Of a DNA stretch of 64,000 nucleotides, positions 47,932 through 57,548 are shown piece by piece. The DNA comes from Bacteroidales bacterium (GTDB lineage: Bacteria > Bacteroidota > Bacteroidia > Bacteroidales > UBA932). Location: assembly GCA_017454265.1 (NCBI GenBank), contig JAFTDJ010000024.1, positions 3,329 to 67,328 on the forward strand. The letters are read 5' to 3'. The notes beneath the pieces are model-generated. The model did not search any database. It was not told where the DNA came from and saw only the letters and a program-made list of their open reading frames with translations. The position numbers and the translations under genes are program-made. The first letter of the stretch is position 1, and each line of letters opens with the position of its first letter.

Positions 47932-49304
47932 AATTCGTAAGTAAAACAATAGTCACCCTGGCGCTGCTCGCCGTGTCGCTCATGGCCGGTGCCCAGAAAT
48001 ACAACGGAGTGATAGACAAGTCCGTGGCCGTAGTGGGCGGCGAACTGATTACCCTCTCCGAGATAGAGCAGGAAGTGCAGATGCTCAACGCCCGCGGTTT
48101 TTCCTCAGACCGCAACATCCGCTGCGAAATATTGGAGAACGCGATGCGCTCCAAGCTCTTCCTGATGCAGGCTCGCCTTGACTCCCTCTCCGTGAACCAG
48201 GAGATGGTGGAGGCGCAGCTCGCCCAGCAGATAGACCAGGTGCGTACTGCCCTCGGCGGCGATGACGGTGTGGCGGAATACTTCCACAAACCTGTTTACA
48301 AACTGCGCCAGGAGTGGCGGAAGCAGATAGAAGACAACTCGCTCACACAGCAGGAGCAGCAGGAAATAGCCAAAAGGATTCCTGAAGTGACTCCATTCGA
48401 CGTGAAGCAGTATCTCGACACGTCCTCGGTTGACAAGCTTCCCGTCGTGCCCATCAAGTACAAGATGAGCCAGATATGCGTTTATCCCGACCGTGAAGCG
48501 GCGGCCCTTGCAGTCAAGGAGCGTCTTCTGAGCATACGCGAGCGCATTATCAACGGAGAAAAATTCTCTACCCTGGCCCGCCTGTATTCGGAAGACACCG
48601 GCAGCGCCCGCAAGGGTGGAGAGCTGGGAATGGCTTCAAAGTCCATCTTCTGGCCGGCGTTCTCCGATGCTGCAATGTCCCTCAAGCCGGGTGCGATTTC
48701 CCAGATAGTGGAAACCCCCGACGGGTTCCATATCATCGAAGTGCTTGAGAAGAAAGGCGATATGTTCAACGCCCGCCACATCCTCCTCAAGCCCCGTTAC
48801 ACCGTGGACGATCAGCAGAAGGCGTTTTCGCGTCTGGACAGCCTCAAGACGGCCATCGCCGACTCCCTGATAACTTTCGAGCTGGCGGCCCGTCTGTATT
48901 CCCAGGATCCTGCGACCCGCACCAACGGAGGTCAGATGGCAGATCCCAACACGGGTTCCGCCTACTTCGAGATAGACCAGCTCAAGCCCCAGGACTATGC
49001 GGCAGTGAAGGATCTTGAGCCCGGACAGATATCAGAACCAATCTCATCCCTGGACAACGAGGGACGAGACGGCAACCTGGTTTATAAGATTCTGCGTTTG
49101 GACAGCATAGTCCCGGCACATACAGCCACATTCGAACACGACTACACGGAACTCCTCGGAGATGTGAGGCAAGTGAAGCAGGCGCGTGCAATAGAACAGT
49201 TCGTAGAAGATAAAATCAAAGTCACCTACATCAAGATAGACCCCCTGTTCAAGGATTGCGAATTCGAGCTCGAGGGATGGAAATCCAAGTTCACACAAGA
49301 CTAA
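47928..49304 (+). CDS. surA: SurA-like periplasmic peptidyl-prolyl isomerase
   Basis: Signal peptide, IDKSVAVVG, FSTLARLYSED.GSA..GGELG, VETPDGFHII and a second rotamase domain. Confidence 0.85.
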   Translation: MKFVSKTIVTLALLAVSLMAGAQKYNGVIDKSVAVVGGELITLSEIEQEVQMLNARGFSSDRNIRCEILENAMRSKLFLMQARLDSLSVNQEMVEAQLAQQIDQVRTALGGDDGVAEYFHKPVYKLRQEWRKQIEDNSLTQQEQQEIAKRIPEVTPFDVKQYLDTSSVDKLPVVPIKYKMSQICVYPDREAAALAVKERLLSIRERIINGEKFSTLARLYSEDTGSARKGGELGMASKSIFWPAFSDAAMSLKPGAISQIVETPDGFHIIEVLEKKGDMFNARHILLKPRYTVDDQQKAFSRLDSLKTAIADSLITFELAARLYSQDPATRTNGGQMADPNTGSAYFEIDQLKPQDYAAVKDLEPGQISEPISSLDNEGRDGNLVYKILRLDSIVPAHTATFEHDYTELLGDVRQVKQARAIEQFVEDKIKVTYIKIDPLFKDCEFELEGWKSKFTQD

Positions 49305-52177
49305 AGGCACTGATACTTGCGCTGGCAGCCATGCTGGCGCTTTTGCCTGTCTCCGCCCGGCCCAAGAAGGAAAAGGCGGACAGTCTGGTGCGCCTGATGA
49401 AGGCCGAGAGCATAGAGCAGCTCGTAATAAACGGCCAGCAATACCGCAAAGCCATCTCATCCACCTTCCTGCACAACGGAACTTACCTCATCAGCGACAC
49501 GGCGCTCTGGAATGTGGATACCAAGATTATCAACGCCAATGGCCACGTGAAGGTTATCCAGGATGAGACTATTCTCACCAGTGACAAGCTGGATTACATC
49601 ATAGACGACAATCTGGCGCAATTTCGCGGCACCCTTGTGCAGCTGCAGAACAAGAAACGCAACCAGCTGCGCACCCGCAACCTGGATTACAACACCAAGG
49701 ACAGCGTGGCTGTTTTTCGTGGCGGAGCGTCTATGCGGGACGAGCAGGGACAGGTGATTGAGAGCCTTTCCGGTACGTACTACTCCAGTTCCGGAATGTT
49801 CATTTTCGACGACCGCGTGAATATGTTCTCTGACTCCATGTTCGTAAAAACGAGCAGGTTGTTTTACTATTCCAACGCCGAGCGCGCGGAATTCCCCGCG
49901 GCTATAGATTTCTGGAAAGGCGGCAATATGCTGTCGGCTCAGGAAGGCTGGTACGACCGGGGAGCGGGGACTGTCTTCTTTACCAAAAACGTACACGGAA
50001 TGTCCGAGGACCAGGAGGCTTGGACCGACTCCCTCTACTATTACCGGGGCACGGGCAATATCCTGATGATGGGAAACGCCCAGGTGCAGGACCCGTCACG
50101 CGATGTGACTGCAGTAGCGGACCGTATCCATTACGAAGACTCGCTCAAGCAGGTAATGCTCAGACGCAACGCCGCCGCCATACTCCAGACGGAAGAGAAT
50201 TCGAAGCGGGACACCATATATATGGGCGCCGATACCTTGATATACCGCAGCATACGCCGTTGCGACATTCCGGAAGGTACGGTAAAGGCCTGCGGGACGC
50301 GTTTGTCCGACATTATGACCGACCCAGTGACGGAGTTCCGGCGCAAGGCTGCTGAAGCAGCCGCCGCAGCGGCAGAGGAAGCCAGGCAGCAGAGAGGAGG
50401 CCCCGGCGGTCCCAGGCCTATGCAGGGAGGAGCCAAGCAGGACGCCCCGGAACCGGAAACCCCGGAACCGGAAACCCCGGAGCCGGAGCCCGAAGCTCCG
50501 CAGCAGCCAGATTCCGCTTCTGTGGCGCAGCACGAAAAAGACAGCCTGATGGCTCCGCTCACCGATGCTCTGGCTGCAATAGACAGCCTGGTTGGAACGG
50601 CGCCGGCCGCCGATTCTCTTTCGGTGAGTGACACTACTGCCGCCGAGGACGAACCGGACGACGGGGATGTACCGGACGACGGATCCCTCCGCGACAGCCT
50701 CGCTGTACGCGATACCACTGCCGCCGAAGATACCCTTGCGGTACCGGAAGCGCCCAAAGATACCACCAAGGTTGGTTTTGTGTACGGAATCCGCAAGGTG
50801 CGCGTATTCCGGAGCGACATCCAGATGCGCTGCGATTCCATGGCCTACTGCGACCTGGACTCCATAGCCCGCTTTTACAAAGATCCGGTTGTATGGAACG
50901 ACGGCAACCGCCAGTACACCTCGGACAGTCTTTTCATACTCGTGGGCGGAGGAGGAATACGCAAAGCCAGCCTGCAGTCCAACGCTCTGGTAATCATTGA
51001 GGAAGACCCCAAGAGCTACGACCAGATAAAGGGTACGGAAATCATAGCCTATTTCGACAGCCTGGACAGCAGTCTCAAGCGTTTCGACGCCCTGGGAGGC
51101 GCCACCGGCATATTTTATCTCAAGGAAAACGGAGTGTTCGCCACTGTGAACAAAGTAGAGAGCAAGATGCTTTCCGGTATACTGAAGGATGGCGACATAG
51201 ACCAGGTGTACTATTTCGAGCAGCCCAAGAACAACGCCTTCCCGGTAGTCCAGATGCCGGAAGCAGAGAAAAAGCTCAAGGGATTCAACTGGAGGCCCGA
51301 CGAAAGGCCGTCCTCTCCCGAGGATATTACCCGTATCAAGCCCCGCAGCAGCCAGCGTTCTTACTATTCCTCAAAACCGCAGGCGGAGTTTATGCAGACA
51401 GAAAAGTATTTCCCCGGCTACATTCCCCGGATACGCAGGGAAATCGCAGTCCGAGACTCCCTGGCAAAGCTTCCTAAACCCCAGTTGGATACTACGGCCG
51501 CCCTTGATTCCGACCGTCTTGCCGGACGGCCGGCAGACAGTCTGGTTCTGGAGCATTTTACCAGGGACAGCCTTGCGGTCCGGCCCGATTCGCCGCTTGC
51601 CGCGGCAGATTCGGTGGCCTCTCCCGCAGATTCCATCAAGACCGGGGCGGATACTCTCTCGGCTGCAGTTCCTGCTGCAGCGGCTGCCGTTGCCGCCGCG
51701 ACGGAAGAAGCAGACCCTCTTGCCGTCCCTACCGTAGATCCCAAGCAGAAGCGCAAGGAGGAACAGGAGCTCAAGCGCAAGATGCGTATAGCGGCTCGCG
51801 ACGCCCGCGTCGCCGCCCGTGAGGCTCGCTGGGCGGAGCTCGACCGCCAGGATTCGCTCAAGCTGGCAGCCAAGAAGCAGAAAGAGCTGGAAAAGCAGCG
51901 GGCGAAGACCCTGAGGCTGTTGAAGGCTGAGCAGAAGCAGAAAGCCAAAGACGAAGCCAAGCTGCAGAAGTACATAGAAAAATACCGTAAACAATATGAA
52001 AGAGAGCAAAAACGTAAAGCTGCCCGACAACGCTCACAGGCCCCTGAAGCCGGGGGAGAAGTACCAACCCCTGCTGAGCCCGTCGGGCAAGCCCCTCGAG
52101 GTGACGCCGTACTCGGTGACGATGGGACTGTTGATGACCGTGCTGTTCTCGGCGGCGGCGGCGTACCTGGGCCTTAA
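49277..52177 (+). CDS. OstA-like (LptA/LptD-N beta-jellyroll type) protein with low-complexity insertions and coiled-coil tail
   Basis: Signal peptide, F.HNG...SD.A, DTIYMGADTL, VRVFRSDIQ..CDS, DPVVW, DQIKG, LKGFNWRP..RP; follows surA. Confidence 0.75.
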   Translation: MEIQVHTRLKALILALAAMLALLPVSARPKKEKADSLVRLMKAESIEQLVINGQQYRKAISSTFLHNGTYLISDTALWNVDTKIINANGHVKVIQDETILTSDKLDYIIDDNLAQFRGTLVQLQNKKRNQLRTRNLDYNTKDSVAVFRGGASMRDEQGQVIESLSGTYYSSSGMFIFDDRVNMFSDSMFVKTSRLFYYSNAERAEFPAAIDFWKGGNMLSAQEGWYDRGAGTVFFTKNVHGMSEDQEAWTDSLYYYRGTGNILMMGNAQVQDPSRDVTAVADRIHYEDSLKQVMLRRNAAAILQTEENSKRDTIYMGADTLIYRSIRRCDIPEGTVKACGTRLSDIMTDPVTEFRRKAAEAAAAAAEEARQQRGGPGGPRPMQGGAKQDAPEPETPEPETPEPEPEAPQQPDSASVAQHEKDSLMAPLTDALAAIDSLVGTAPAADSLSVSDTTAAEDEPDDGDVPDDGSLRDSLAVRDTTAAEDTLAVPEAPKDTTKVGFVYGIRKVRVFRSDIQMRCDSMAYCDLDSIARFYKDPVVWNDGNRQYTSDSLFILVGGGGIRKASLQSNALVIIEEDPKSYDQIKGTEIIAYFDSLDSSLKRFDALGGATGIFYLKENGVFATVNKVESKMLSGILKDGDIDQVYYFEQPKNNAFPVVQMPEAEKKLKGFNWRPDERPSSPEDITRIKPRSSQRSYYSSKPQAEFMQTEKYFPGYIPRIRREIAVRDSLAKLPKPQLDTTAALDSDRLAGRPADSLVLEHFTRDSLAVRPDSPLAAADSVASPADSIKTGADTLSAAVPAAAAAVAAATEEADPLAVPTVDPKQKRKEEQELKRKMRIAARDARVAAREARWAELDRQDSLKLAAKKQKELEKQRAKTLRLLKAEQKQKAKDEAKLQKYIEKYRKQYEREQKRKAARQRSQAPEAGGEVPTPAEPVGQAPRGDAVLGDDGTVDDRAVLGGGGVPGP
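50445..50489 (+). repeat. 15-nt tandem repeat (PEPET) in the OstA-like gene
   Basis: CCCCGGAACCGGAAA twice plus a degenerate third unit. Confidence 0.85.
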
Positions 52178-53966
52178 GGTCGGTCAGGTGTTCGAGGCGG
52201 CGATCCCTATCGCCATCATTGCTGTAGGCGTTACCGGAGTACTCGGCAAGAAGGACGGTCTGGCGCAGAACGTAATCATCCAGAGTATCGGAGCCTGTTC
52301 CGGCGTAGTCGTGGCGGGAGCCATCTTCACGCTTCCTGCCATCTATATACTCGGCCTGGACGTGAATTTCTGGCAGATGTTCCTCAGCTCCCTGCTGGGA
52401 GGTGTCCTGGGCATACTCTTCCTTATTCCCTTCCGTAAGTACTTCGTGCAGGAAATGCACGGACAGTATCCGTTCCCCGAGGCTACCGCCACCACGCAGG
52501 TGCTGGTAAGCGGCGAGGGTGGAGGCAGCAGCGCCAAGACACTGGTGGTTGCCGGCCTTGTAGGAGGACTGTACGACTTTGCCGTGGCTACGTTCGGCAC
52601 ATGGGCGGAGACTATAAGCACCACCGTAATGCACTGGGGGCAGGTGGTGGCCGATAAAGCCAAGCTGGTGCTCAAGCTCAATACGGGCGCGGCGGTGCTG
52701 GGCCTGGGCTACATCATCGGGCTCAAGTATTCGTTCATCATCTGCTGCGGTTCTTTCCTTGTATGGCTCGTCATCATTCCGTTGATGAACCTCATCTGGG
52801 GCGGTCAGGTGATAGATCTTATGGGCACCGGTATTGCCGCTACGGTGGGTGAAATGGCACCGGAGCAGATTTTCAGGGAATATGCCCGCCACATAGGCAT
52901 TGGAGGTATAGCTACCGCGGGCATCATCGGAATTATCAAGAGTGCCGGCGTCATCAAGAGTGCCGTTGGCCTTGCAGCCGGAGAGTTCAGGCGAAAGCCG
53001 GGGGCCGAAGGGATAAAGCCCGAGCGGACACAGGAGGACCTGCCCATGAAGACCGTGGTGTTCGGCATCGTGATAGCGCTGCTGGCCATTTTCGCTTTCT
53101 TCGGCTTCGGCGGTGTTGTGAATAATATATGGCAGGCCCTTGTGGCGCTGCTCATCGTGGCTCTTATATCGTTCCTCTTCACTACGGTTGCGGCCAATGC
53201 TATCGCCATTGTGGGCAGCAACCCCGTGAGCGGCATGACTATCATGACATTGATTATCACCTCATTGGTGCTGGTGGCGGTGGGTCTAAAGGGTAATGCC
53301 GGAATGGTTGCCGCCATGGTAATCGGCGGCGTTGTATGTACGGCCCTCAGCACCGCCGGAGGCCTCATTACCGATTTCAAAATAGGCTACTGGATAGGCA
53401 CCACTCCACGCAAGCAGGAGACCTGGAAATTCGTGGGCGTCGCGGTGGCGGCGGCTACGGTAGGCGGAGTTATGCTCGTGCTCAACAAGACCTACGGATT
53501 CGTGGCCGACGGAGCGCTGGTTGCCCCTCAGGCCAACGCAATGGCGGCCGTTATCCAGCCAATGATGAACGGAGGCAGCGCCCCCTGGCTGCTTTACGGC
53601 ATTGGTGCGGCCATCGCCATACTGCTTACCTTGTTCAAGCTTCCCGCCCTCGCATTCTGCCTAGGAATGTTCATCCCCATCGACCTGAATCTGCCCCTGC
53701 TCGTCGGCGGGGCCATTTCCTGGTTCGTGGGCAAGCGCGGCGGCCAGGAGAAGGGCACCCTTATCGCAAGCGGCTTCATTGCAGGCGGCGCGCTTATGGG
53801 CGTTGTCTCCGCCATCCTGAAGTTTGCCGGTGTAGATTGGTACCTGAGCGCCTGGAACGCTCCTGGCGCCGGCGGTGCGGCTCCCGCGGAGATGATAGCC
53901 ATAGTTCCGTTCCTGCTGATATGTGCATATATGATTTTTGCATCTTTAAGGACATCTGAAAAATAA
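51996..53966 (+). CDS. OPT family oligopeptide transporter
   Basis: AYLGLKVGQVFEAAIP, IIQSIG, AIFTLPA, PFPEATA, GSNPVSGM, APQANAMA, IASGFIAGGAL. Confidence 0.93.
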   Translation: MKESKNVKLPDNAHRPLKPGEKYQPLLSPSGKPLEVTPYSVTMGLLMTVLFSAAAAYLGLKVGQVFEAAIPIAIIAVGVTGVLGKKDGLAQNVIIQSIGACSGVVVAGAIFTLPAIYILGLDVNFWQMFLSSLLGGVLGILFLIPFRKYFVQEMHGQYPFPEATATTQVLVSGEGGGSSAKTLVVAGLVGGLYDFAVATFGTWAETISTTVMHWGQVVADKAKLVLKLNTGAAVLGLGYIIGLKYSFIICCGSFLVWLVIIPLMNLIWGGQVIDLMGTGIAATVGEMAPEQIFREYARHIGIGGIATAGIIGIIKSAGVIKSAVGLAAGEFRRKPGAEGIKPERTQEDLPMKTVVFGIVIALLAIFAFFGFGGVVNNIWQALVALLIVALISFLFTTVAANAIAIVGSNPVSGMTIMTLIITSLVLVAVGLKGNAGMVAAMVIGGVVCTALSTAGGLITDFKIGYWIGTTPRKQETWKFVGVAVAAATVGGVMLVLNKTYGFVADGALVAPQANAMAAVIQPMMNGGSAPWLLYGIGAAIAILLTLFKLPALAFCLGMFIPIDLNLPLLVGGAISWFVGKRGGQEKGTLIASGFIAGGALMGVVSAILKFAGVDWYLSAWNAPGAGGAAPAEMIAIVPFLLICAYMIFASLRTSEK

Positions 53967-53989
53967 TTGATAAAGCACTGATAATCAAT

Positions 53990-55210
53990 ATGGAGACAAT
54001 TCTCGACCGATTTCTGCGGTATGTCGCAATAGATACCCAGTCCAACGAAGAATCCGAATCCCAGCCCTCCGAGGCCAAGGAACTCGACCTGCTGCGCCTG
54101 CTGCGGGACGAGCTCCTCGCCATGGGCGTGAAGGCCGAACTCGACGAGTACGGCTATGTGATGGCATCCATTCCGTCCAACATAGACAAGAAAGTGCCCG
54201 CGGTAGGCTTCATAGCCCATGTAGATACCGCTCCAGATGCCAGCGGCAAGGATGTAAAGCCGCAGATAATAAAGAATTACGACGGCAGTCCCATAGCTCT
54301 CAAGGGCGTTGGCGGACTGTATCTGGACCCGGCGGACTTCCCAGAACTGCTTGCCCACAAAGGGGAGACGATAATAACCACGGACGGCACTACCCTGCTG
54401 GGAGCCGACGATAAGGCGGGCGTGGCGGAAATCATGGATGCGGTGCAGTACATCGTTGCGCATCCCGAGTTCAGGCACGGAGATATCCGCATAGGCTTCA
54501 CTCCGGACGAGGAGATTGGGCGCGGCGTGGTTAAATTCGACGTACAGCGTTTCGGGGCCGATTTTGCCTACACTATGGACGGCGGCGAAGCGGGCGAGCT
54601 GGAGTTCGAGAATTTCAATGCCGCCTCTGCCGTGGTGAAGATCCAGGGACGAAACGTGCACCCCGGATACGCGAAGGGCAAGATGTTGAATTCCATCCAT
54701 ATAGCACACGAACTTATGGACCTTCTGCCGGTGGAGCAGAGGCCGGAATTCACCAGCGGATACGAAGGTTTCTTCCACCTCGTCGGCTTCAAGGGCACGG
54801 TTGAGGAAAGCCAGCTTACCTGGATTATCCGCGACCACGACAGGGCAAAGTTCGAAGAAAAGAAGAGGGTGATGATGCGCTGCTGCCAATTTATCGACGA
54901 CAAATACGGCAAAGGCACGGCGACGCCTACGCTGAAAGACCAGTATTACAACATGCGTGAGATGGTGGAACCCCATTATCACATCATAGAAAAGGCCGAA
55001 AAAGCCATGCGCCTTGCCGGCGTGGAGCCTCATATCCAGCCCATACGCGGCGGGACCGACGGCGCCAACCTGTCTTTCAAGGGGCTTCCCTGCCCGAACA
55101 TCTTCGCCGGAGGCCTCAACTTCCACGGCAAGATGGAGTGGGTGCCGCTGGAATCTATGCAAAAGGCTTCTGCCGTCATTCTTAACATCATTAAACTTTT
55201 CACCGAATGA
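53990..55210 (+). CDS. pepT: Peptidase T (tripeptidase, M20B)
   Basis: RFLRYVAIDTQS, AHVDT, LLGADDKAG, FTPDEEIGRG, HPGYAK, IRGGTDG, NFHG. Confidence 0.96.
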   Translation: METILDRFLRYVAIDTQSNEESESQPSEAKELDLLRLLRDELLAMGVKAELDEYGYVMASIPSNIDKKVPAVGFIAHVDTAPDASGKDVKPQIIKNYDGSPIALKGVGGLYLDPADFPELLAHKGETIITTDGTTLLGADDKAGVAEIMDAVQYIVAHPEFRHGDIRIGFTPDEEIGRGVVKFDVQRFGADFAYTMDGGEAGELEFENFNAASAVVKIQGRNVHPGYAKGKMLNSIHIAHELMDLLPVEQRPEFTSGYEGFFHLVGFKGTVEESQLTWIIRDHDRAKFEEKKRVMMRCCQFIDDKYGKGTATPTLKDQYYNMREMVEPHYHIIEKAEKAMRLAGVEPHIQPIRGGTDGANLSFKGLPCPNIFAGGLNFHGKMEWVPLESMQKASAVILNIIKLFTE

Positions 55211-56409
55211 AACGTTTCCTTGCCGTTCTCTTTCTGGCGCTCGCACTGAGTGCCGTATCATTTGCCCAGGGTACTCCTGGCCTTTGGTATCTCTCCACGT
55301 CGCAGGCAATAGAGAAGGCTGGAATGGTGGAGGGCGACTCCTTCGTGCTTGCCCGCCCCGTGGACAATCTGCCCGCAGGCTCTTATGTACAGTTCTGCGC
55401 GAGCTTGGAAAACGGTGGAGAAAAAGCCCCGCGGCACTATATGGTCGAGTTTTTCGACGGCGGGCGCTGGGTCGCCGACCCGGAATTCGTGTACGACGAC
55501 GGCCAGGCGGAATACAGTTTTTTTACCGTGAGCTCCTCTGTGCGGCATCCGTCCACCTACCTGTCAGTGTATAAACTGCGTAATGCCGTGAGCGATACGC
55601 TTAAGGTGCGCCTGCGCGTCTGCAGTCCTTTTGCGACAGATGGAAGCCGGCTGAGCGCCGATGAACCGCAAAACAAGGTGGCCCTCAAAAACAAGCACTA
55701 CGTGGGCGCCTACCTCAATCCGCTCGGTACAAAAGCCCCGCGCGAGACGGCGTCGCTGCTGCTGATAGGAAACTCTTTCACCTACTACTTCGGAGAGCCG
55801 TTCATGCTCCAGGAGATTGCTTTTTCGCAGGGCCTCCGACTGAATGTCAAGGCATCGCTCAAGGGCGGCCAGACATTCCGCGATCACTGCGGCCGCGAAA
55901 TGACGCTCCGTACTGTTTCCGGCGGTGAATACGATTATGCTGTCATTCAGGGACAAAGCCAGGAACCTGCACGGTATGCTGCCGACAGGAGCGGGCAGGT
56001 TGATGTGGAGAACGCTTTTGTGGAGCTGTGCCGCAAGATTCGCGAAACGTCACCGGATTGTAATATTTTTGTAGAGAACACCTGGGGATATCCGGGTTCC
56101 GATAACGGCGGCTTTTCTTCCCTGGACGAGTTTGACCGCTTGCTGGAAGAAGGCTCATGGTTGCTTGCAGAAGCCGGTGTAGGCGACAAGATTCCTGTCG
56201 GCAAAGCCTTTACGGCTGCCCGTGAACGGACAGAATTGCTCGAGTCGGACGCCAAACACCCCGGCCTTGCAGGAGCCTACCTCAAGGCCTGCATCACCTG
56301 CCTGGTCCTCACCGGCAGGCCGTTCAGCGGGGATGTACCGAAATGCGGCCTCCCGGACGAGGAAGCCGCATATCTTAGGAGTATCGCGGAAAAAACCGTG
56401 CTTAAATAA
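55207..56409 (+). CDS. Secreted SGNH/GDSL-like hydrolase (DUF4886-like C-terminal domain)
   Basis: Signal peptide; LLIGNSFT (catalytic Ser block), Q.QS, TWGY, DAKHP (DxxH). Confidence 0.75.
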   Translation: MKRFLAVLFLALALSAVSFAQGTPGLWYLSTSQAIEKAGMVEGDSFVLARPVDNLPAGSYVQFCASLENGGEKAPRHYMVEFFDGGRWVADPEFVYDDGQAEYSFFTVSSSVRHPSTYLSVYKLRNAVSDTLKVRLRVCSPFATDGSRLSADEPQNKVALKNKHYVGAYLNPLGTKAPRETASLLLIGNSFTYYFGEPFMLQEIAFSQGLRLNVKASLKGGQTFRDHCGREMTLRTVSGGEYDYAVIQGQSQEPARYAADRSGQVDVENAFVELCRKIRETSPDCNIFVENTWGYPGSDNGGFSSLDEFDRLLEEGSWLLAEAGVGDKIPVGKAFTAARERTELLESDAKHPGLAGAYLKACITCLVLTGRPFSGDVPKCGLPDEEAAYLRSIAEKTVLK

Positions 56410-57507
56410 TTACTCGCCGAAAACCTCCGCAAGTTTGGCGCCGAGGGCATCGCCGCGCAGGTCGCGGGCTACGATGGTGCCTTCAGGATCTACGAGGAGG
56501 CTGGCCGGAATGGACTTCACGCCGTAGGTGTCGGAAGCCACGGTCTGCCACCCCTGCAGGTCTGAAAGGTGAATCCAGGGCATGTTGAGTTCCTTGATGG
56601 CCTCCACCCAGGCTTCCTTTTCGTTGTCGAAGGAAAGGCCTACGATGTCCAGGCCCTTGGCGTGGTACTTCTCGTATGCTGCTACCACGTTGGGCATTTC
56701 CCTGCGGCAGGGGCCGCACCAGGAAGCCCAGAAATCGATGAGCACCCATTTGCCGACGCCCACATACTCGCTGAGCTTGTGCATCTTGCCGTCCACGTCC
56801 GGTTCCTCAAGGTCGATGAACTTGGTGCCGATGAGCTTGTCCTTTGCGGCCTCCATTTCGGCCATCCTGGCGTTGTAATCGTCTATCTGGGCCTTGATTT
56901 TCTTGGCGTAAGGGTGTTTTGCATAAGGGTATTTCTCATCCATCGCCTCGGCGAATTCCTCGTCGCTGAGCATCTGGCTGAGTGAAGAAACGAATGCTGC
57001 GGGGATGATGTTGTCGCGGTTCTCGTCCAGGATTTGCTTGTAACTGTCGCTGACTTTCTGGATTTCTTCCTGGATCGCGTCGGCTTGGGCTTCCTGTTCC
57101 TCTTTGCTCAGTTCGCTGTACTCGGATATGGCCTTGAGGGCGTTGTCGTACACTTCGCTTGCGGCAATGTCGTAAGCGGTGAGCTTCTCGTTGAGCTCGG
57201 AACCGCTGAGGCTGTTGTCTGAGAGATTAATGCTTACGGGCTTTCCGTCGGCAAAGAACAGGCTCTGCCAGTTGGAATCTTCTTTCTGAATCATGAGAAG
57301 GGCGTTCTTGTCGGCCTTGCCGGTGAAGGTCACGCTGCCGTCGGCAACTTCCGCCGACTCGATGGTTTCTCCGGAGAGCATGTCTGTGAGGGTAACTACG
57401 GTGCCGTCTTCGGCTCCGTTTGCGGTTACGTTGTAGCCGACCTGGCTGTTGCAGGCACTGAGCACTGCAGAGATTGCAAGTGCAGATAGGAGAGTAAGTT
57501 TTTTCAT
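56410..57507 (-). CDS. TlpA-family thiol-disulfide reductase lipoprotein (DUF4369 + AhpC/TSA)
   Basis: SAC lipobox; IDFWASWCGPCRREMP, VGLSFD, SDLQGW, YGVKSIP. Confidence 0.92.
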   Translation of the reverse strand: MKKLTLLSALAISAVLSACNSQVGYNVTANGAEDGTVVTLTDMLSGETIESAEVADGSVTFTGKADKNALLMIQKEDSNWQSLFFADGKPVSINLSDNSLSGSELNEKLTAYDIAASEVYDNALKAISEYSELSKEEQEAQADAIQEEIQKVSDSYKQILDENRDNIIPAAFVSSLSQMLSDEEFAEAMDEKYPYAKHPYAKKIKAQIDDYNARMAEMEAAKDKLIGTKFIDLEEPDVDGKMHKLSEYVGVGKWVLIDFWASWCGPCRREMPNVVAAYEKYHAKGLDIVGLSFDNEKEAWVEAIKELNMPWIHLSDLQGWQTVASDTYGVKSIPASLLVDPEGTIVARDLRGDALGAKLAEVFGE

Positions 57508-57548
57508 TTCAGTATATTGTTATTGATTTTGTCCGGATTCAAAGATAG

